From the NCBI RefSeq assembly GCF_033372575.1, contig NZ_CP104094.1:124923-156922 (forward strand): 32,000 nucleotides of DNA. The letters run 5' to 3'. Under the pieces are notes generated by a model, which saw only the letters and a program-made list of their open reading frames with translations, searched no databases and was not told the origin of the DNA. The DNA comes from Candidatus Saccharimonadota bacterium (lineage in GTDB: Bacteria > Bacteroidota > Bacteroidia > Flavobacteriales > Blattabacteriaceae). Every line of letters begins with the position of its first letter. Position 1 is the stretch's first letter. This document shows positions 18,395 through 30,900 of this stretch, in pieces. The position numbers and the translations under genes were made by a program.

Positions 18395-19515
18395 ATTATA
18401 TTCATTATAATGATATATATATATTTATTTTTAAAATTTGTAATAATAATATAATTAAGGTCAATAGAAAGTTTAATAACAATTAATTTAGTATTTATAT
18501 ATTTAATAAATTTAAATAATAAAAATAAATTAATTTTAAATTTAATAATATTTTTATTTATATTATTATTAATTTTAATTTTTTTATAAAATAATAAATT
18601 ATTAATATAATTTTTAAATATTAAAATTATATTATTATTACTTATATGTATATTTAATATTTTATTTAAAGAATTATAATTTATTAAATTATAAAATACT
18701 GTTAAAGAATTAAAAAATTTTTTTTTATCAATTAATAATTTAATTAATTTGTTTTTATTATATTTATTAATTTTTTTTAATAAATTATTAATATTATTAA
18801 CAGTATCTATTTTAAAATAATAAAAAAAATTATATTTTTTAATTAAAATTAGATTATTATATATCTTTAAATTAATAATTTTATTATTAGAAATTAATAA
18901 TATTATTTTATTTAAAATTTTAAAAAATTCATTATTAATTTTTAAATAATATTTCTTATTAATGTTTATTTTATTATTAATTAATATTTTTTTTTTTATT
19001 AAATATTGTTTGTAATCAGTCAAATAGAATATAATAATATTATTATAAATTTTAATATAATTATAATTATCTTTTTTATTAAAATTAAAATAATTGATTA
19101 ACTTTAATATTTTTTTTTTTGTTAATTTTAAACTTAATATTTTATTTTCTTTTCTAATTTTTAAAATATTAAGATTATTATTTTTATATAGTTTAAATTT
19201 AAATAAAAAATTATAATTTTGTAAAATTAAATATTTTTCATTTAATATTAATAATAAATTATTAATATATTGTTTATTAAAAAAAAAATATAAAAAATTT
19301 ATTAAATTATTAAAATTTTTAATAATAAAAAATTTTTTTTTTTTAATATATTTATTAATTTTAAAATTACAATTAAGAATGTAATAATTATTTATAAATA
19401 AAAAAAAAATTTTTTTTTTATATAAAATAATATTAATTTTTTTTAAATTATAATTAAAAAATGATATAAAGTATTTTAATTTTTTAAAGTATTTAATATT
19501 AATAATAATATTCAT
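18391..19515 (-). CDS. Highly diverged 374-aa protein, possibly the DNA polymerase III beta sliding clamp
   Basis: The length matches DnaN (about 370 aa). The C-terminus KYIYIIIMNII resembles the DnaN ending (y-l-l-M-P-x-r). There is a weak by-eye N-terminal pattern match. A long intact ORF is unlikely by chance in sequence where TAA is so frequent. It overlaps the pheT start by ATGA. Confidence 0.4.
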   Translation of the reverse strand: MNIIINIKYFKKLKYFISFFNYNLKKINIILYKKKIFFLFINNYYILNCNFKINKYIKKKKFFIIKNFNNLINFLYFFFNKQYINNLLLILNEKYLILQNYNFLFKFKLYKNNNLNILKIRKENKILSLKLTKKKILKLINYFNFNKKDNYNYIKIYNNIIIFYLTDYKQYLIKKKILINNKININKKYYLKINNEFFKILNKIILLISNNKIINLKIYNNLILIKKYNFFYYFKIDTVNNINNLLKKINKYNKNKLIKLLIDKKKFFNSLTVFYNLINYNSLNKILNIHISNNNIILIFKNYINNLLFYKKIKINNNINKNIIKFKINLFLLFKFIKYINTKLIVIKLSIDLNYIIITNFKNKYIYIIIMNII

Positions 19516-19560
19516 ATAATTATTAATTATTAATTATATTAATATTATAAATATATTTTT

Positions 19561-19636
19561 GGTTTGGTAGTTCAAATTTGGTAAGAATACGTGCCTGTCA
19601 CGCACGAGGTTACGGGTTCAAATCCCGTCCAAACCG
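19561..19636 (+). tRNA. tRNA-Asp (anticodon GUC), 76 nt, no encoded CCA
   Basis: GGTTTGG-TA-GTTC-AAATTTGGTAA-GAAT-A-CGTGC-CTGTCAC-GCACG-AGGTT-ACGGG-TTCAAAT-CCCGT-CCAAACC-G. Confidence 0.9.
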
Positions 19637-19637
19637 T

Positions 19638-20426
19638 ATGAAAAAGATAAAAAAAACTATAGCTAAAATATATACAATAAGTATTATAGAGAATAAAATT
19701 AAAAATATTAATAAACTAATAAATTATAAATTAAATAATAATTATAAATATTTAACAAATAAGTTATTTAAAAAATTATATAAATTATTAATATCAATTA
19801 AAAATAAAAAAAAAATAATATTAAAAAAAATAAAAAAAAAAATAAAAAAAAACAATTATTATAATAAATTAATAAAAAAATATAAAAAACAAATATTAAA
19901 TATTAAAAATAATATTGAATTAATAATAATAAAAAAAGAAATAAAATATTTTAAAATAAAAAAAAAAATAAATAATAAAATAAATAATAAATATAATAAG
20001 ATATTAAAATATTTAAATAAACAAAAAAAAATAATAAATAAAAAAAAAAATAATATTATAATATTTTTAATATTTTATAAAAAAAAAAATAATAAATTAA
20101 AAAAAAAATTAAATAAAATAAAATATAAATTAAAATTTATTTTAAATATTATTTTAAATAAAAAAAAAGTAAAAAAATTAGAAATTTATAAAATTTATAA
20201 TTATATAAAAAATAATTCAAAAGATAAAAAAGGAATATTATCGGTAGATTATAATAGAGTAGTAAATAATGTAAACTTGAAAATACCGATACAAAAATAT
20301 ATAGATTTATTAAATTATGAATATATTAATTATGATATATATACAGGAAAAATATTAATTGATACTTATTTAGCAAATAAAATAAATAAAAGAGTAAATA
20401 AATTAATAAAGAAAATAATAAAATAA
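19638..20426 (+). CDS. Lys-rich coiled-coil protein whose C-terminal segment resembles the COG1579 (DUF164) zinc-ribbon family but has no cysteines
   Basis: The start is placed at the ATG at 19638 (MKKIKKTIAKIY), 1 nt after tRNA-Asp. The C-terminus KKGILSVDYNRVVNNVNLKIPIQKYIDLLNYEYINYDIYTGKILID aligns by eye to the family pattern G-x-A-V-V...C-x-x-C...IPxQ...C-x-x-CGRIL. The N-terminal roughly 200 aa is K/N/I-rich and probably coiled coil. Confidence 0.35.
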   Translation: MKKIKKTIAKIYTISIIENKIKNINKLINYKLNNNYKYLTNKLFKKLYKLLISIKNKKKIILKKIKKKIKKNNYYNKLIKKYKKQILNIKNNIELIIIKKEIKYFKIKKKINNKINNKYNKILKYLNKQKKIINKKKNNIIIFLIFYKKKNNKLKKKLNKIKYKLKFILNIILNKKKVKKLEIYKIYNYIKNNSKDKKGILSVDYNRVVNNVNLKIPIQKYIDLLNYEYINYDIYTGKILIDTYLANKINKRVNKLIKKIIK

Positions 20427-20452
20427 TAAAATAATAAAATAATAAAAATAAA

Positions 20453-21754
20453 ATGAATAATATAAAAAAAATTAAAGGAACTTTAGATTTATTTAATAAT
20501 GATATTGATAATATTAATAAATTAAAAAATATAATAAAAAATAATTTTATATTATATGGATTTAAAAATATAGAAACTCCATCTATAGAAAATAAAAATA
20601 TAATTAAATTAATTAAAAAAAATTTAAATATTCCTTTATATTATTCTATTTTAGAAAAAAAAAATAATAAATTTTTAATTTTTGATTTAACTATTTCATT
20701 AATTAGATTTTTATTAACTAATACTAATAATATTAATTTTCCGTTTAAAAGATATCAAATACAAAAAGTATGGAGAGGTGAAAAACCACAAAATAATAGA
20801 TATAGAGAATTTTATCAATGCGATGTAGACATAATAAGTTATAAATATAACCTAGAAGAAATAGAAATTATATCACTTTGTGATAAAATATTTAATGATA
20901 TTAAATTAAATATAGATTTTTTAATTAATCATAAAGATATATTATATGGATTATGTGAATATTTATTAATTCATAAAAATAAATGGGAATTTATAATAAA
21001 GACAATAGATAAATTAAATAAAATTGGTAAAGAAAATGTTAAAAATATTTTAATAAAAAAAATAGATAAAAAATATATAAAAAAAATATTTAAAATATTT
21101 GAAATAAAAAAAAATAATATTAATTATTTATTATATTTAAAAAAAAAATTTAATAAAAATAAATTATATGGTAAATATGGAATAAAAAAATTATTAAATA
21201 TATTTAAAATAATAAAGAAAATAAAATTAAAAAGAATAAAAGTAAAATTTAATTTAAGTCTCTCAAGAGGGTTAAATTATTATTCAAAAACAATATTTGA
21301 AATTAAATTAATGAATAAAAAAAATGATTTATCATTAGGTGGAGGAGGAAGATATGATAATATAATAAAAATAAATAATAAAAAGATACATGGAATAGGA
21401 ATTTCGTTAGGATTATATAGAATATATAATACATTAAAGTTATATAATAATAATGTATTTACAAAAAATAAAAATAAAAAAGTAATAATTTTAAATTTTG
21501 ATATAAAAAATTATGTGTTAATAAATAAATATGCAAATATATTAAGAAATAATAATATAATTACTGAAATTTTTTTATATAAAGAAAAAATAAAAAAACA
21601 AATAAAATATGCAATAAGAAATAAATTTAATTATTTAATAATAATAGGGGAAAAAGAAATAAATAAAAATATAATAAAAATAAAAAATTTAAAGAATAAA
21701 AAAGAAAATATATTTTATAATATAAAAGATTTAATAAAATATATAAATTATTAA
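20453..21754 (+). CDS. hisS: Histidine--tRNA ligase
   Basis: IKGTLDLF, YGFKNIETPSIE, motif 2 YQIQKVWRGEKPQNNRYREFYQCDVDI, motif 3 LGGGGRYDN, and a C-terminal anticodon-binding-domain pattern. Confidence 0.9.
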   Translation: MNNIKKIKGTLDLFNNDIDNINKLKNIIKNNFILYGFKNIETPSIENKNIIKLIKKNLNIPLYYSILEKKNNKFLIFDLTISLIRFLLTNTNNINFPFKRYQIQKVWRGEKPQNNRYREFYQCDVDIISYKYNLEEIEIISLCDKIFNDIKLNIDFLINHKDILYGLCEYLLIHKNKWEFIIKTIDKLNKIGKENVKNILIKKIDKKYIKKIFKIFEIKKNNINYLLYLKKKFNKNKLYGKYGIKKLLNIFKIIKKIKLKRIKVKFNLSLSRGLNYYSKTIFEIKLMNKKNDLSLGGGGRYDNIIKINNKKIHGIGISLGLYRIYNTLKLYNNNVFTKNKNKKVIILNFDIKNYVLINKYANILRNNNIITEIFLYKEKIKKQIKYAIRNKFNYLIIIGEKEINKNIIKIKNLKNKKENIFYNIKDLIKYINY

Positions 21755-21758
21755 AATT

Positions 21759-22766
21759 ATGGATTGTGGAATTATAGGTTTACCAAATGTTGGAAAATCT
21801 TCGTTATTTAAGTTATTATCTAATTCAAATGTAAAAGATATTATAAAAAATTATCCTTTTAGTACAATTTCCCCAAATAAATCAAAAATTAATGTATATG
21901 ATGATAGATTGATAAAATTATCAAAATTATTAAATTATAATAAATTGCAATATAATAATATTAATTTAATAGATATAGCAGGAATAATAAAAAATTCTTA
22001 TAAAGGTAAAGGTTTAGGAAATTTATTTTTATCATATATAAGAGAAACAAAAATATTAATTAATATATTAAGATTTTTTTATAATAATAAAATTATTAAT
22101 ATTAATAAAATTATTGATCCAATATATGAGAAAAAAATAATATTTAATGAATTAATAATGAAAGATATTGAAATAATAGAAAAAAATATAAAAATTAAAA
22201 AAAATAATATTAATAAATTAAACAAAATATTAAATATTTTTAAAAAAAAAAATAAAAATGATATAATAAAAATATGTAATGAGGAAAAAAAAATAATAAA
22301 AAAATTTAATTTTTTATGTTTAAAACCAATATATTATATATGTAATATTGATAAAAATACTAAAATTGATGAAATATCGTATATTAAAGAATATTTTAAT
22401 AATAAAAAAGAAAATATTTTATTTTTAAATATTAAAGATATAATAAAAAATAAAAATAAGAATAAAAAAATAATTAATAAATTAATAAATAAAATATATT
22501 ATAAATTGAATTATAACACATATTTTACTATTGATAATAATAAAAAAATTATATGTTCTTGGAAAATAAAAAAAAATTCATATGCCTATAAAGCATCAGA
22601 AAAAATACATTCAACATTTAGTAAGAAAATTATTAAAGTAGAAGTAATTAATAGTAAAAAAATAATAAATAATAAAATAATAAATTATAAAAAATATTTA
22701 TCTATAAAAAATAAAAATTATATCGTAAAAGATGGGGATATATTATATTTTAAATTAAAAAAATAA
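21759..22766 (+). CDS. ychF: Ribosome-binding ATPase YchF (short, 335 aa)
   Basis: CGIIGLPNVGKSSLFKLLS, NYPFSTISPN, LIDIAGII, ICNIDK, and the TGS-like C-terminus KASEKIHSTFSKKIIKVEVI...YIVKDGDILYFKL. Confidence 0.9.
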   Translation: MDCGIIGLPNVGKSSLFKLLSNSNVKDIIKNYPFSTISPNKSKINVYDDRLIKLSKLLNYNKLQYNNINLIDIAGIIKNSYKGKGLGNLFLSYIRETKILINILRFFYNNKIININKIIDPIYEKKIIFNELIMKDIEIIEKNIKIKKNNINKLNKILNIFKKKNKNDIIKICNEEKKIIKKFNFLCLKPIYYICNIDKNTKIDEISYIKEYFNNKKENILFLNIKDIIKNKNKNKKIINKLINKIYYKLNYNTYFTIDNNKKIICSWKIKKNSYAYKASEKIHSTFSKKIIKVEVINSKKIINNKIINYKKYLSIKNKNYIVKDGDILYFKLKK

Positions 22767-22848
22767 ATTTATTAGTAAATAATTTTAAATATAAAAAATA
22801 TTTTTAAAATTAAAATAATTATATTAATTAAATTTAACATATATTAAA

Positions 22849-23715
22849 ATGAAAAAATTAAAACTTTTTATTCCTTTAATAACACCATTTGATAATAATA
22901 ATAATATTGATTTTTTTTCTTTAGAAAAATTGATATTATATATAAACAATTTAAAATATATAAACTATATAATATTATTTAGTAATTTTTCAGAATATAG
23001 TTTTATTTCTAATAATGAAAAAATAGACATAATAAATTGTATTAAAAATAATAATAAAAATATAAAAATAATATTAAAAATTAACAATATTTATAATTAT
23101 AAGGATATTGAAGAGCAATTAAGTCAAAATATATATAATAATATAAATTATATAATAATTGATTATCCAAATATTAATAATATATACAAAGAAGAAATAA
23201 TAAATAATTTTAATAAAATATTTAATAAATTTAAATATTTATTTTTTATTATTAATATAAAAAAAAAAATTAATGATGATATATTATTAAAAATAAAAAA
23301 TAAAAATAATAATTTTATAGGAATAATTAATAATAATTTAATAAAAAATTATGAATTAATTAATAAAATAAAAATTTTTATAAATAATGATATAGAGTTA
23401 TTTTTAAATAATAAAATATTTAATAATATAGATGGTATTATTTCACCATTATTAAATATTATATTTAATTTTATTTATAATAAAATTATTATAAAAATTA
23501 ATAATAATCAATATATAGAATATGATGAAAAATATTATAAATTTATTGAATTAATTAATATTTTATATAATAAAATTAATCCTATTTCAGGCGTTAAATA
23601 TTTATTAAATTACATAAAAATTTGTAAATTTTTTATTAAATTACCATGTAATAAAATTGATAATATAAAATTATATAATAAAATTGTAAATATATTTAAT
23701 ATTATTTATAATTAA
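22849..23715 (+). CDS. dapA: DapA-family (4-hydroxy-tetrahydrodipicolinate synthase-like) protein, strongly diverged
   Basis: 288 aa (E. coli DapA is 292 aa). The N-terminus LFIPLITPFDNNNNIDFFSLEKLILYI matches the family start (a-l-v-TPf...iD...l..li). FIGIINNNL aligns to IIGIKEATGNL, and NPISGVKYLL to NPIPVKWA. The active-site residues appear not to be conserved (see findings). Confidence 0.5.
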   Translation: MKKLKLFIPLITPFDNNNNIDFFSLEKLILYINNLKYINYIILFSNFSEYSFISNNEKIDIINCIKNNNKNIKIILKINNIYNYKDIEEQLSQNIYNNINYIIIDYPNINNIYKEEIINNFNKIFNKFKYLFFIINIKKKINDDILLKIKNKNNNFIGIINNNLIKNYELINKIKIFINNDIELFLNNKIFNNIDGIISPLLNIIFNFIYNKIIIKINNNQYIEYDEKYYKFIELINILYNKINPISGVKYLLNYIKICKFFIKLPCNKIDNIKLYNKIVNIFNIIYN

Positions 23716-23791
23716 ATATTTAATTAAATTAATTATAATTTTAATAAAATAAAAAATTATTTTTAATATTATAACAAAATAAAGTTAATAA

Positions 23792-26284
<2,493 letters not shown>

Positions 26285-26286
26285 AA

Positions 26287-26676
26287 ATGAAAAATAATAG
26301 TAATAATATTATAAAAATGTTAGAAAAAGAATTAATTAAAAATAAAAATAAACATTATAAATTTAATGTAGGGGATAATATAACAGTATATTATTATAGT
26401 ACAATAAATAAAAAAAATAAAAAAAAAATTTTATTTTTTACAGGATATGTAATAAGTAAAAAAGGTAATAATAAATTTAATAAAACATTTATAATAAGAA
26501 ATACAATTTATAATATAGGAGTAGAAATAACATTTTTTTTATATAGTCCATATATAAAAAATATAAAAATTAATAAAAAAGGTAAAGTAAGAAAATCTAA
26601 AATATATTATATAAGAAAATATAATTTTAATAAAATAAAAAATTTAAAAATTAATAGAAATTTAAATAAAATTTAA
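26287..26676 (+). CDS. rplS: 50S ribosomal protein L19
   Basis: FNVGDNITVYY, FTGYVISKKG, FIIRNTIYNIGVEITFFLYSPYIKNIKINKKGKVRKSKIYYIRK. Confidence 0.9.
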   Translation: MKNNSNNIIKMLEKELIKNKNKHYKFNVGDNITVYYYSTINKKNKKKILFFTGYVISKKGNNKFNKTFIIRNTIYNIGVEITFFLYSPYIKNIKINKKGKVRKSKIYYIRKYNFNKIKNLKINRNLNKI

Positions 26677-26751
26677 ATTTCTATTAAATGTAATAAATAT
26701 TTAACAAAACCTTACTTTGATTTAATTTAAAATTAACATAATATAAATAAT

Positions 26752-26910
26752 ATGAAAAGAACTTATAATCCATCAAAAATAAAAAGATTAAGAAAATTTG
26801 GATATCTAAAAAGAAATAATAGTAAAAATGGAAAAAAAATATTACAAAGAAGAAGATTAAAAAAAAGAAAATTTTTAACAATAAGTAATAAAAATAAATA
26901 TAAATATTAA
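26752..26910 (+). CDS. rpmH: 50S ribosomal protein L34 (52 aa; below the ORF-track size cut-off)
   Basis: My translation is MKRTYNPSKIKRLRKFGYLKRNNSKNGKKILQRRRLKKRKFLTISNKNKYKY. This matches the L34 consensus MKRTFQPS..KR...HGFR.RM....G..VL..RR.KGRK.L. Confidence 0.9.
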   Translation: MKRTYNPSKIKRLRKFGYLKRNNSKNGKKILQRRRLKKRKFLTISNKNKYKY

Positions 26911-26920
26911 AATTTAATCT

Positions 26921-27481
26921 TTATTTTACATCTTCTTTAGTTATTTTTAACATTTTAATTGATACTATAATTTGATTAATTGGATGTAAAAATTTTATAT
27001 TTTTATTATTTTCTAAAATATCTTTTATATATATTTTATCACCAATATCTAAATTAGTAATATCAATTTTAAAATATTTAGGATAATATTTTAATAAAGT
27101 TTTTATTTTAATTTTTTTTAATGGATTATTACATATTCCACCTTTTGAAACACCTATTGAATTACCTATAATTTTTATATTTATAAAAGCAATAAATGGT
27201 TTATTTACGTTAATTTTATATAAATCAATATGCAGAATTTTATTTCTAAAAACATTATATTGTATATCTTTAATTAAACATATATGTTTTTTTTTATTAT
27301 TATTTATAGTTAAATAAATAATATATTTTTTTTTATTAATTAATTTATTAATTTCAGATAAAGATATATAAAATGGGAAATTTAAATTTTTATTATATAT
27401 AACTCCAGGAATATAATTATTATTTTTATATTTTTTAATTTTATTTTTACAATTGATATTTAATAATTTATTTATTTTCAT
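26921..27481 (-). CDS. rplY: 50S ribosomal protein L25 (long Ctc form)
   Basis: 186 aa. KKYKNNNYIPGVIYNKN (R..G.iPaviYG pattern), LIKDIQYNVFRNKILHIDLYKI, and a second beta-barrel domain. Confidence 0.8.
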   Translation of the reverse strand: MKINKLLNINCKNKIKKYKNNNYIPGVIYNKNLNFPFYISLSEINKLINKKKYIIYLTINNNKKKHICLIKDIQYNVFRNKILHIDLYKINVNKPFIAFINIKIIGNSIGVSKGGICNNPLKKIKIKTLLKYYPKYFKIDITNLDIGDKIYIKDILENNKNIKFLHPINQIIVSIKMLKITKEDVK

Positions 27482-27564
27482 CTTTATAATTAAATTAATA
27501 ATTTAATTAAAAACAAATAATAAATTTATTTTTAATTAAATTATTTAATTTAAATATTTAATAT

Positions 27565-27909
27565 TTAATTAATATATAAAATAGGTAAATTTTTAAATAA
27601 TTTATCAATCATATAATATTTTCTTATTTTTTTTAAAAATATATTAATAATAATAAATCTATAATCAATTAATATCCATTTATTATTATTTTTTCCCTCT
27701 ATATTAAAAGGTTTAATTTTAAAAATATTATATATAGTATTTTCTATTTTATTATAAATTGATTTTACATGTAAATAAGATTTACCTTCACATATGATAA
27801 AAAAATCAAATAAATTATTTATTGTTTTTCTATTATCTATAATTTTTATTTTATTATTATTAATAATATTAATAATAGTAATTATAAATTTTTTTTTATT
27901 TAATTTCAT
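27565..27909 (-). CDS. rsfS: Ribosomal silencing factor RsfS (iojap family)
   Basis: IKIIDNRKTINNLFDFFIICEGKSYLHVKSIYNKI, FNIEGKNNNKWILIDYRFIIINIFLKKIRKYYMIDKLF. Its start overlaps the rpoC stop (ATGA). Confidence 0.8.
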   Translation of the reverse strand: MKLNKKKFIITIINIINNNKIKIIDNRKTINNLFDFFIICEGKSYLHVKSIYNKIENTIYNIFKIKPFNIEGKNNNKWILIDYRFIIINIFLKKIRKYYMIDKLFKNLPILYIN

Positions 27910-30900
27910 TTTTTAATTTTATTATAATAATAACCAGTTCCAGCAGGTATTTGGTTACCAATTATAATATTTTCTTTTAATCCTTTTAAATTATCATATT
28001 TAGCACTAATAGCAGCTTCACTTAATATTTTAGTAGTTTCTTGAAAAGAAGCAGAAGAAATAAAAGAGTTAGTAAGTAAAGAAGATTTAGTAATTCCTAA
28101 TAATATTGGTTTTCCAATTGCAGGTAATAATTTTTTAGTAATTATTAGTTTAAGATTATTAAATTTTAAATATTCATTATATAAATCTATTTTATTTTTA
28201 TTAATTATTTTACCTATATAATATTTTTTATTATTACTTTTAGTAATAATTACCATATTTTTAATTTTTTTATTAATTTTTAAAAAATCTTCTTTATTAA
28301 TAATATTACCTTTTATTAAATTAGTATCTCCCCCATCAATAATAATTACTTTTTTAAGCATTTGATTAATAATTATTTCAAAATGTTTATTATTAATTTG
28401 TACTCCTTGAGATTTATAAATATTTTGTAAATTATTAATTAAATAATTTTGAATTTTATTTAAACCATTAATATTAAGTATATCATTAAAATTTTTTATA
28501 CCTTCAGTTAATTTATCCCCATGTTTAATAATATCATTTTTTTGAACTATTATTTGTTTATTATTTTTAATTACATATATTATTTTTTTTTTTAAATTAT
28601 TAGTAATATAAATTTTTACATAATTTTTTTTATATACTATATTACTTACTATTCCATCAATTTCAGAAATTATTGATTTATTAATAGGATTTCTAGCTTC
28701 AAATATTTCAGATAACTTAGGTAATCCACCAGTAATATCTTTATAATTATTATTTAATCTAGGAATTTTTATTAATATTTTACCTTTTTTTATTTTTTCA
28801 TTATTTTTTACATTTAAATATGAACCTATAGATAAATTATAATTTTTTAATAATTTACCATTATTATCTAAAATTAATAAAGTCGGATTTCTATTTTTAC
28901 TTTTAATTATAAATTTTTCACTATTTTTTGATTTATATGAAATGTTTTTATATTTTACTATACCATTATATTCAGATACTACTATAGAATAATATGGATT
29001 TATTTCATATATTTTATCTCCTATATTTACAATATCATTATTTTTAATATATAAAGTACAACCATAAGGAATATAACTATTATATAAAATATTATTATTT
29101 TTAATATCAATAATTTTAATATTTGTATATCTAGAAATTACTATATATTTATTATTTTTTTTAATATATTTTAATGAATTTAATAATATTCTACCTTTAT
29201 ATTTAGATTTTAATTTTGTTTTTTTAGCTATATAACTTGTAGAACCACCTACATGGAATGTTCTTAAAGTTAATTGAGTACCTGGTTCACCAATTGATTG
29301 GGCTGCAATAACTCCAACAGTTTCACCAATGTTAATTAATTTACCATTTGATAAATTAGAACCATAACATTTTGAACATATACCAAATTTACTTTCACAT
29401 GTAAATGGTGAACGAACAGTAATATATTTAATTTTATATTTTTTAATAGTATTAAAATTATTATAATCAATTAATTCTCCTTTTTTAATTATTATTTTAT
29501 TGTTAAATGATATATTATATATAACTACTTTTCCTAATATTTCATTTTCAGTTATTTTATTATTATAATTATAAATGTTTATTCCATTAAATGTATTACA
29601 ATCTTTTTCTTTTATTATTACATCTTGTACAACATCAACTAATCTTCTAGTTAAATAACCAGCATCAGCAGTTTTTAAAGCTGTGTCAGCTAATCCTTTT
29701 CTAGAACCATGTGTAGAAATAAAATATTCTAATATAGATAAACCTTCATAAAAATTAGATATTATAGGAAAATCTATTATTTTAGTATAATCTAAATTAT
29801 ATTTTTGAGGTTTAGTCATTAAGCCTCTCATACCTGATAATTGTCTTATTTGTTCAATAGAACTTCTAGCACCTGAATCTAACATCATATATAAATTATT
29901 TAAACCATTTTTTTTATTTTTAATATTATTAATTACTTTATTAGTTATTTTAGAATTAGTATTACTCCATTCATCTATTATTTTATTATCTTTTTCATTA
30001 TTTGATATTAATCCCATATTATAATGCTTTATTATATCATTAATATTTTTAATAGTATTATAAATTATTTGTTTTTTATCTTTTGGCGGTCTAATATCAT
30101 TTAAATTGAAAGATGTACCAGAATAAAAAGAATATTTTAATCCTATTTTTTTTAATTTTTCTAAAAAATTTGATGTTATAAATATATTGTTATAATATAA
30201 TACTTTTTTAATTAATATTTTAATATTTTTATTATCTATTAATAAGTTTATAAATCCTACTTTTTTTTTATTAGGTATTAGTTGATTAAATATTATTCTA
30301 CCTACTGTAGTAATTATAAATTCATTATTATATTTAAATTTTATATTATCATGGATATTTAATATTTTTAAATTATGTGCAATAATTATTTCCTTATAAC
30401 TTGAAAATAATTTTAATTTTTTTTTATTACTTTTAATTTTTTTAGTTAAATAATATAAACCTAATAAAATTTCTTGTGAAGGAATAATGATAGGTGACCC
30501 ATTAGCAATATTTATAATATTTATAGGTGACCCCATTAATAATTTAGCTTCTATTATAGATTCTGTTGATAAAGGTAAATGAATTGCCATTTGATCACCA
30601 TCAAAATCAGCGTTAAATGCACCACATACTAAAGGATGTAATTTAATTGCTTTACCGTTTATTAATATTGGTTGAAAAGCTTGTATACTTAATCTATGTA
30701 ATGTAGGGGCTCTATTTAATAAAATTGGATGTCCTTTAATAATCTGTTTTAAATATTGCCATATAAAACTGTTTTTATTTTTAATAATTTGATTAGCAAA
30801 ATTTATAGAAAAACCTTTATTGATTAATTTATTAATTAAAAAAGGTTTGTATAATTCTAAAGCAATAATTTTTGGTAAACCACATTCATATAATTTTAAT

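Noticed and set aside
19516-19561. Bacteroidetes-type promoter element (TAnnTTTG as TATTTTTG at 19554-19561) and a possible oriC next to the dnaN-like gene
   Set aside because: The motif ends on the first base of tRNA-Asp, which is too close to serve as a -7 box, and such A/T strings are ubiquitous here. The spacer is only 45 bp with no DnaA-box-like repeats, so there is no support for an origin.
19578-19637. N-terminal extension of the Lys-rich ORF (MVRIRACHARGYGFKSRPNR)
   Set aside because: It is a translation of the tRNA-Asp body. Its composition (R, G, C, H) is unlike every real protein in this window. The ATG at 19638 is the plausible start.
27906-27909. Possibility that UGA is recoded to Trp (genetic code 4), as in some other extremely A+T-rich symbionts
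   Set aside because: No conserved gene in the window is interrupted by an in-frame TGA. Trp positions use TGG, for example IDWLV in dnaK. rpoC ends at a TGA at the expected C-terminus. The standard bacterial code fits.
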